A stretch of 32,000 nucleotides of DNA, taken from assembly GCF_000014785.1 (NCBI RefSeq), contig NC_008340.1, forward strand, positions 3,060,001-3,092,000, given 5' to 3'. The DNA is from Alkalilimnicola ehrlichii MLHE-1 (GTDB lineage Bacteria; Pseudomonadota; Gammaproteobacteria; Nitrococcales; Halorhodospiraceae). Of the stretch, positions 26,771 to 32,000 are shown in pieces. The notes under the pieces were generated by a model. The model worked only from the letters and a program-made list of their open reading frames with translations. It was not told the DNA's origin and ran no database searches. The translations under genes were made by a program, and so were the position numbers. The first letter of the stretch is position 1. Every line of letters begins with the position of its first letter.

Positions 26771-27415
26771 ATGACCCAACGACAACCCCCCGGCCCGCTG
26801 ACACTGCTCCTAGTGGACGACCACGCCGTGGTGCGCGCCGGGTATCGCCGACTCCTGGAGCAGGCCAGTCGCTGCTGGCAGGTCACCGAGGCGGACAGCG
26901 GTGAGTCGGCCTACCGGGCGTGCGCACGGGAGCGCTTCGACGTTGTGGTCATGGACATCTCACTGCCGGGCATTAGCGGCCTTGAGACCCTCGCGCGGCT
27001 GCAACGCCGGGCACCGGAGATCAGAGTGCTGATCTTCAGCATGCATGAGGAACCCGTGTTTGCCGAACAAGCCCTATCGGGCGGTGCCGCCGGCTACATC
27101 ACCAAGTCCAGCGCCCCCGAGGTGCTGGTGGAAGCGGTCCAGCGGATCGCTGCGGGCGGACACTACCTGGGGCCGGATGTGCGGTGTCGGCACGGCGATG
27201 CCGACACCGCCGGCCTGCAATCGCTCTCGGCGCGGGAGTTTGAGATCTTCCGACTGCTGGCCGAAGGGTGTGGCTCCGCCGAGATCGCCCGGCTGCTGAA
27301 CATCAGCTACAAGACCGTGGCCAACTACGGCAGCGGCATTCGTGAGAAGCTGGCGCTGAACAACGTCGCGGAGATGACCCGGCTGGCGATCCGCGCCGGT
27401 GTGATCAAGGCTTGA
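26771..27415 (+). CDS. Two-component response regulator, NarL/LuxR family
   Basis: 214 aa from MTQRQPPGPLTLLLVDDHAVVRAGYRRLLEQ. Receiver DVVVMDISLPGISGLETL and HTH LSAREFEIFRLLAEGCGSAEIARLLNISYKTVANYGSGIREKL. Confidence 0.93.
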   Translation: MTQRQPPGPLTLLLVDDHAVVRAGYRRLLEQASRCWQVTEADSGESAYRACARERFDVVVMDISLPGISGLETLARLQRRAPEIRVLIFSMHEEPVFAEQALSGGAAGYITKSSAPEVLVEAVQRIAAGGHYLGPDVRCRHGDADTAGLQSLSAREFEIFRLLAEGCGSAEIARLLNISYKTVANYGSGIREKLALNNVAEMTRLAIRAGVIKA

Positions 27416-27418
27416 ACC

Positions 27419-28879
27419 GTGCCCCTGCGCCTGCGCCTCAGCCTGCTCATCACCCTGCTCACCGCTGCCTTCCTGCTGGCCGGGGTCTTCCTGGTGGTGA
27501 ATGCAGCCCGCCACGACGTCAGGGCCGAGCTGCACTCGGCCACCAGCCTCACCGCTGAGTTGCTCCAAGCCTCCATTGAGGCGATGGGCGAAAAGCTGAA
27601 CCGGTCCGAGGTCCGCGACGCGATGATCAGCGGGCTGACTCAGCTCGGGGGGCACCGGCATATCGAAATCACGGCCTGGCACGGCGATAACCGGGCCGCC
27701 GCCCGCGCTGCCATGCCGCCGGCACGCACCGCCGGCGCGCCGGACTGGTTCATTCGGCTCGTCACGCCTGAGATGCAGGTACTTTATCGGGAGGTCTCGC
27801 TGGGCCGGCCAGACCTGGGGGGCGTGATCATCCGGGCCGAGCCGGCGGACGAGATCACCGAGGCGTGGGGCAGCACCCGCACCCTGCTGCTGTTGCTGCT
27901 CACCTTCGCAGTGGCCGCCAACGCCCTGATGTACTGGCTGCTGGGACGGGCACTGCGCCCGTTGGGCCACATCCTCAAGGGCCTGGACGCACTCCAACGA
28001 GGTCGCCTGGAATCGCGACTGCCACGATTCCGTGTCCACGAATTCGACCGGGTCTCCCGCCATTTCAACAGCATGGCCGATTCGTTGGCGACCAGCCACC
28101 AGCGCATCCAGCGACTGAACCGTCGACTGTTCGACGTGCAGGAGGCAGAGCGGCACACCCTCGCCCGGGAGCTGCATGATGAGCTGGGTCAGTGCCTGGT
28201 CGCCATCCGCGCCGACGCCATGATCATCGCCAATGCCCCGGACGCGCCCCCTGCCAACGTCCGTGCCAGCGCCGACGCCATCCGGCAGACCGCTGGCCAC
28301 GTCTACCAGTTGACCCGTCGGATTATGGGCCGGCTGCATCCGGCCGCGCTGGAACAGCTCGGGCTGGGGCCGGCGCTGCGCCAGATGGCGGGCGACTGGG
28401 CCCGCCGCCACCCCGATATCGCCGTGGCGATGGAGATCCAGGACACCCCCCGGGGACTCCCGCCATCCCAGGCGATTCACCTTTATCGGGTGGTACAGGA
28501 GGGCCTTACCAACGTCACAAAGCATGCCCATGCCAGGCGTGTCCGGCTGCGACTCCGCGATCGGGGCGAACACCTGTGGCTGGTAATTGGCGACGACGGC
28601 CACGGCCTCGGGACGCGGCGCGACGGTGACGGGATGGGCTTGATGGGTATGGCTGAGCGGATTCAGGGCCTGGGTGGCCGGCTGCGTTGCTTCAGCGGAC
28701 CGGCGGGCGGCACCACGCTGGTGGCCGCGGTACCGCTGCCCACCGCCTCTGCCCCGGAGCCCGTCGCCAGACCCGGACAACGGCCCCATGCCGCCCCCTC
28801 AGAAACGCAGGGTCAGACCGCCGATGACGGTGCGTTCAGCACCAGGCCGCAGCCCGTCCTGCACGTCGCTGATGTATAG
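27419..28879 (+). CDS. Membrane sensor histidine kinase (HAMP + HisKA_3 + HATPase)
   Basis: 486 aa. N-terminal TM, HAMP region, EAERHTLARELHDELGQCLVAIRADA (HisKA_3 H-box), YRVVQEGLTNVTKHAHARRVRLRL and DDGHGLGTRRDGDGMGLMGMAERIQGLGGRL. It lies 3 bp after the response regulator. Confidence 0.93.
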   Translation: MPLRLRLSLLITLLTAAFLLAGVFLVVNAARHDVRAELHSATSLTAELLQASIEAMGEKLNRSEVRDAMISGLTQLGGHRHIEITAWHGDNRAAARAAMPPARTAGAPDWFIRLVTPEMQVLYREVSLGRPDLGGVIIRAEPADEITEAWGSTRTLLLLLLTFAVAANALMYWLLGRALRPLGHILKGLDALQRGRLESRLPRFRVHEFDRVSRHFNSMADSLATSHQRIQRLNRRLFDVQEAERHTLARELHDELGQCLVAIRADAMIIANAPDAPPANVRASADAIRQTAGHVYQLTRRIMGRLHPAALEQLGLGPALRQMAGDWARRHPDIAVAMEIQDTPRGLPPSQAIHLYRVVQEGLTNVTKHAHARRVRLRLRDRGEHLWLVIGDDGHGLGTRRDGDGMGLMGMAERIQGLGGRLRCFSGPAGGTTLVAAVPLPTASAPEPVARPGQRPHAAPSETQGQTADDGAFSTRPQPVLHVADV

Positions 28880-30928
28880 CTTGTCGGTCAGGTTCCGGCC
28901 CTGCAGCCACAAGGTGGCGTCCGCCCCGCTGACCTGGGTGTGATAGCTGGCCCGGGCCGAGAGCAGCGTGCGGCTGGGCACCTGCCCTGCGTCTTCAGCG
29001 ATCTCAAGAGTGTTCTCGATATCGGAGAAGAAGTCCCCGAAGTGACTGACCGTGGCACTGACTTCCCAACCACTGAGGTGGTCCATGCCCAAGGTCAGGC
29101 TGCCGGCGTGGCGCGGGATCTCCGGCACCCGGTTGCCGTCCAGTGGTCCGGTGGTGAACTCGGCTTCCGTGTAGTTCCAGGCCACTTGGCCGAAGAAATT
29201 GTAATCGGAGCCGGTGAAGGGGGCGGAATCCACCCGCAGTTCCACGTCCAGGCCGTAGACGTCCGAATCCACCGCGTTGACGAACAGGGCGTCACCGAAC
29301 TCATCCACGTCGTCGCGGATCAGGGTGTCCTCGATGCGGTTATAAAACACCGCGACGTCGTAGCTCACACCCTGGAGGCCACGGCTGCGGACACCCAACT
29401 GGCTGTTGAGACCCTTCTCCGGCACCAGGGGGAACTCATCGGAGCGGGCGGGTGCAGGAGCGTAGCCCCGGTGCACACCGGCGTAGAGGTCCGCCTGATC
29501 CAGGCCCTGGTAGAGCAGGCTGATACCGGGGAGGTAGAGCGTGTTCCACTCGCTTTCCGTTACCCCCTCGTCATCACTGCCCGGACGAAAGCGTGTGGAC
29601 TTCTCCTGTCGGTAGCTCTCCACGCGCAGGCCTGGGGTAAGGGTCCAATCTCCCGCCTGCATGCGGTTCTGCAGGAACCCGGAGTACGCCTCGGCCTTGT
29701 AGGTGATCAGACGCCCGTCGCGGGTAAACCCGTCTTCTCCGGCAATCGCCCGCAGCCGTCCGCGATTGCCCTCGTCCAACCGCTCACCCGGACGCCCAAC
29801 CGGACGACGGTCGTCAAAATCGTGCTGCTCGAACCTTAGCCCCCCCTCGACGGTGTGCGTAACCGCACCGGTCTGCATGCCCGTAAAGGCGGCCCGCGAC
29901 TCGCCCCCGAAGACCTCGTAACGCCGGTCCCGCCCCTCCATCACTCGCTCGGCACGAGGGTCATCCGGGTTGCGGGACCGGAATCGGGGCCGATCCAGAT
30001 CAGAATAAAAGACCTTGCTGGAGAAACTCAGCCGGTCACTGGCCTGGAAGGCATGGGTGAGGTCCCACTTCCAGTAGTTCACGGAGATGTTGTTGTCCTT
30101 GCGCCCCTCACCGAGCCGGCGCTTGCCGCGCGGATCGATGGCGAAGTCCTCGGGGGAGAGGTTGCTCTCATCGTAACCGTCGGAGCGCTCCCGAAAGTGG
30201 AGAATCGACGTCCGCAGATCGTGCCGGGCATTCACGTCCCAGTCGAAGCTGGCGTAGAAGTCGTCGAACTGGTGCTCCTCGGTATCAAACACCCCGTCCG
30301 AATTGGCCCCGGTATAGGCCAGCACCACGCCCACGTCGTCCACGGTACGCCGGTGCATCAGGTGGCGTTTGAAAGTGCCCTGATTACCCCCCGCCAGTTC
30401 CACCGTGGTCTCCGGCGTGGGCGTGGCCTGCTTGTTGCGGAAGTTGACGATGCCGTGGTTGTTCAGCGGCCCATGGATCAACTGCCCCGCGCCCTTCAAT
30501 ACCTCCACCCGCTCCAGGCGCTGCATGGGCGGCGTGTAGTGGGCACTGGGGTCCAAGTAGTTGCTGGCGCTGATCGGCGAACCATCCTCCAGCAGCAAGG
30601 TCTTGCGGGAGCGCCGGGGCGGCGCGCCACGCACGCCGATGCCGCTACGCAGGCCCAGGGCATCATCATCAATGGTCCTGACGCCGGCGACGAAATCAAA
30701 GGCATCGTGCAGGGTGAACGGCCGCAGCGCCTCGAAGTCGAGATCGGTGAGCACCGAGGCCGCGCCGGGCGTATCAGCCACCTCATCGAGCAGCAGCGCA
30801 CGCACCTGCAACGGCTGCAGGGCGCGGACGGCGCCGGCGGTCTCGTCCTCAGCCAGGGCCGCGCCGGCGGCTGGCAACAGGCTCAGGCCGGCAGTCAGAC
30901 AAATCAGGGAATGGGTCTTGCGGTCCAT
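28799..30928 (-). CDS. TonB-dependent outer membrane receptor (siderophore/ferric citrate receptor-like)
   Basis: About 709 aa from MDRKTHSLICLTAGLSLLPAAGAALA. Plug motifs DAFDFVAGVRTIDDDALGLRSGIGVRGAPPRRSRKTLLLEDGSPIS and MQRLERVEVLKGAGQLIHGPLNNHGIVNF. The C-terminal beta-barrel ends ...TVIGGLTLRF. Confidence 0.93.
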   Translation of the reverse strand: MDRKTHSLICLTAGLSLLPAAGAALAEDETAGAVRALQPLQVRALLLDEVADTPGAASVLTDLDFEALRPFTLHDAFDFVAGVRTIDDDALGLRSGIGVRGAPPRRSRKTLLLEDGSPISASNYLDPSAHYTPPMQRLERVEVLKGAGQLIHGPLNNHGIVNFRNKQATPTPETTVELAGGNQGTFKRHLMHRRTVDDVGVVLAYTGANSDGVFDTEEHQFDDFYASFDWDVNARHDLRTSILHFRERSDGYDESNLSPEDFAIDPRGKRRLGEGRKDNNISVNYWKWDLTHAFQASDRLSFSSKVFYSDLDRPRFRSRNPDDPRAERVMEGRDRRYEVFGGESRAAFTGMQTGAVTHTVEGGLRFEQHDFDDRRPVGRPGERLDEGNRGRLRAIAGEDGFTRDGRLITYKAEAYSGFLQNRMQAGDWTLTPGLRVESYRQEKSTRFRPGSDDEGVTESEWNTLYLPGISLLYQGLDQADLYAGVHRGYAPAPARSDEFPLVPEKGLNSQLGVRSRGLQGVSYDVAVFYNRIEDTLIRDDVDEFGDALFVNAVDSDVYGLDVELRVDSAPFTGSDYNFFGQVAWNYTEAEFTTGPLDGNRVPEIPRHAGSLTLGMDHLSGWEVSATVSHFGDFFSDIENTLEIAEDAGQVPSRTLLSARASYHTQVSGADATLWLQGRNLTDKLYISDVQDGLRPGAERTVIGGLTLRF

Positions 30929-31148
30929 ACGGGGTCTCCTCCTCTCACCCACGATTTCTGGTTTCGTATGGATTGAGTGTGCCCCCTGGAAGGCGCGCAT
31001 GACATAGGAGAAATTCCTGATCGCACAGATTGTTAAGGGGACGCACAGCGGTCTGGGGAAGGGCATAAAAAGCGACGCACATCCCTGTGCGCCGTCAAAG
31101 GCACGGCGTGAGCCGGAAGCACCCGATACACCGGTCACGGACCCGTGT

Positions 31149-31167
31149 GGGCCCCAGGGCGGGGCCC
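31149..31167 (-). terminator. Possible terminator hairpin downstream of the porin gene
   Basis: gggcccc-agggc-ggggccc forms a 7-bp perfect GC stem with a 5-nt loop, about 29 bp past the stop of the minus-strand porin. No T tract. Confidence 0.25.
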
Positions 31168-31195
31168 GCCGCTTCACTAGGAGGAGCGAAGAGGA

Positions 31196-32000
31196 TCAGA
31201 AGAACAGAATGGCACCCAGGGCCACGTTGTCCTCGCGATTGTCGTCACCCGCATGGTTCTCGGCCTTGGTCCGGGTGAACTCGGCGACCAGGTTCAGGTT
31301 CGGCGTGATCGGATGGTACGCGCCCACGATCACCGAGCTGTTGCGGTCAAGCAGGGTATCGGGATCGCCGTTGTTTTGGTCCAGGTTGCTTTCCCCGTAA
31401 CTCAAACCGAGCTTGGTGCCCAATCCCGGCAGGGTGTAGGTGCCCTGCAGCATGAAGCCGTCAGAGTCGCGGCGCGTCCCATCCGCGGAGGCGGCTTGGT
31501 GGAGAAACGCCGTGGTGCCGATGCCCTTGCCTTCGTAGTAGTAGGCGACGCCCTCGAAGCCGGCGATGCCCGCCTTGACGCCCAGGTCGAACCCGGTGGC
31601 GCGGAAGTCATCGAAGCTGCCGTCCCGGTCATCCACCTTCTGGTTGATGAACCCGGCCCAGACGCGGCCACTGACATCCCGAGCCGTCCAATCGTAAGTG
31701 ACTTTGCCCTCGACCGCCGGGCTGGTCTTTTCCCCCACCGCAGCTAGGGAGTTGTCACCCGGCGCGACGGTGAAGGGATCGAAGGGATCAGTGGCGCCGA
31801 TCACAAAGCCAAAGCCGTTGAAATCGGGCGAGGCGTAGCTGATCTGCGCCTTCCAGTCCGCGTAGAGATAGCCGTTGCCGACCCGACCCAAGGAGGTGTT
31901 GCCACCCCCCAGGGTGATATCGGAGACCGTGCCCACCCCCAACAGGCTCATATCGGAGAGGATGGCATCGGAGCCGAAGATCCCCAGGTCACGCCCGAGC
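31196..32000 (-). CDS. Outer membrane porin, 3' part (5' end lies outside the window)
   Basis: The frame stays open to the window end (...LGRDLGIFGSDAILSDMSLLGVGTVSDITLGGG...). NGFGFVIGATDP, YYEGKGIG, STAGDDN-like amphipathic strands and terminal EDNVALGAILFF are typical of gram-negative trimeric porins. Confidence 0.85.
   Translation of the reverse strand, partial: LGRDLGIFGSDAILSDMSLLGVGTVSDITLGGGNTSLGRVGNGYLYADWKAQISYASPDFNGFGFVIGATDPFDPFTVAPGDNSLAAVGEKTSPAVEGKVTYDWTARDVSGRVWAGFINQKVDDRDGSFDDFRATGFDLGVKAGIAGFEGVAYYYEGKGIGTTAFLHQAASADGTRRDSDGFMLQGTYTLPGLGTKLGLSYGESNLDQNNGDPDTLLDRNSSVIVGAYHPITPNLNLVAEFTRTKAENHAGDDNREDNVALGAILFF

Noticed and set aside
28940-30976. Plus-strand ORFs (299 and 373 aa) opposite the TonB receptor
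   Set aside because: Antisense shadows of a well-supported receptor gene.
1-32000. CRISPR arrays, transposase/integrase genes, retron/phage/toxin-antitoxin modules
   Set aside because: Looked for regularly spaced direct repeats and recognisable proteins in all frames provided and found none. The tRNA-adjacent remnant has no integrase or attachment-site evidence.

Overview
This is a high-GC bacterial chromosomal window. Gene content suggests a gammaproteobacterium, possibly Ectothiorhodospiraceae-like; that placement is inference only. It is mostly densely packed protein-coding genes. From left to right it contains:
- the 3' part of glnE
- ilvE
- a Na/Pi cotransporter with a small charged partner ORF
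- putA
- a fused thioredoxin/DsbD(CcdA)-like membrane protein
- two uncharacterised exported proteins
- a thiolase
- a minus-strand arsenic-resistance operon: arsR, arsC, arsD, arsA, ACR3-type arsB, a small Cys-Cys-Gly-Gly protein, and a universal stress protein
- a divergent NADPH-dependent FMN reductase-like gene and a two-gene ABC exporter
- a tRNA-Met(CAT)
- a degraded remnant resembling a heme-binding, ethylbenzene-dehydrogenase-gamma-like domain
- a SulP transporter with a UspA-like protein
- an lpxD-like gene outside the usual lpx cluster
- a NarL/LuxR-type response regulator and HisKA_3 sensor kinase, convergent with and overlapping a TonB-dependent receptor
- the 3' part of a porin.
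I found no CRISPR array, transposase, integrase or clear phage module. The most interesting region is the extended arsenic locus (13.2-21.2 kb). It places a small vicinal-cysteine protein, a tandem USP, a flavin reductase and an ABC exporter around an otherwise recognisable ars operon. I cannot show that any of this is a new system; the candidates are listed as testable hypotheses.
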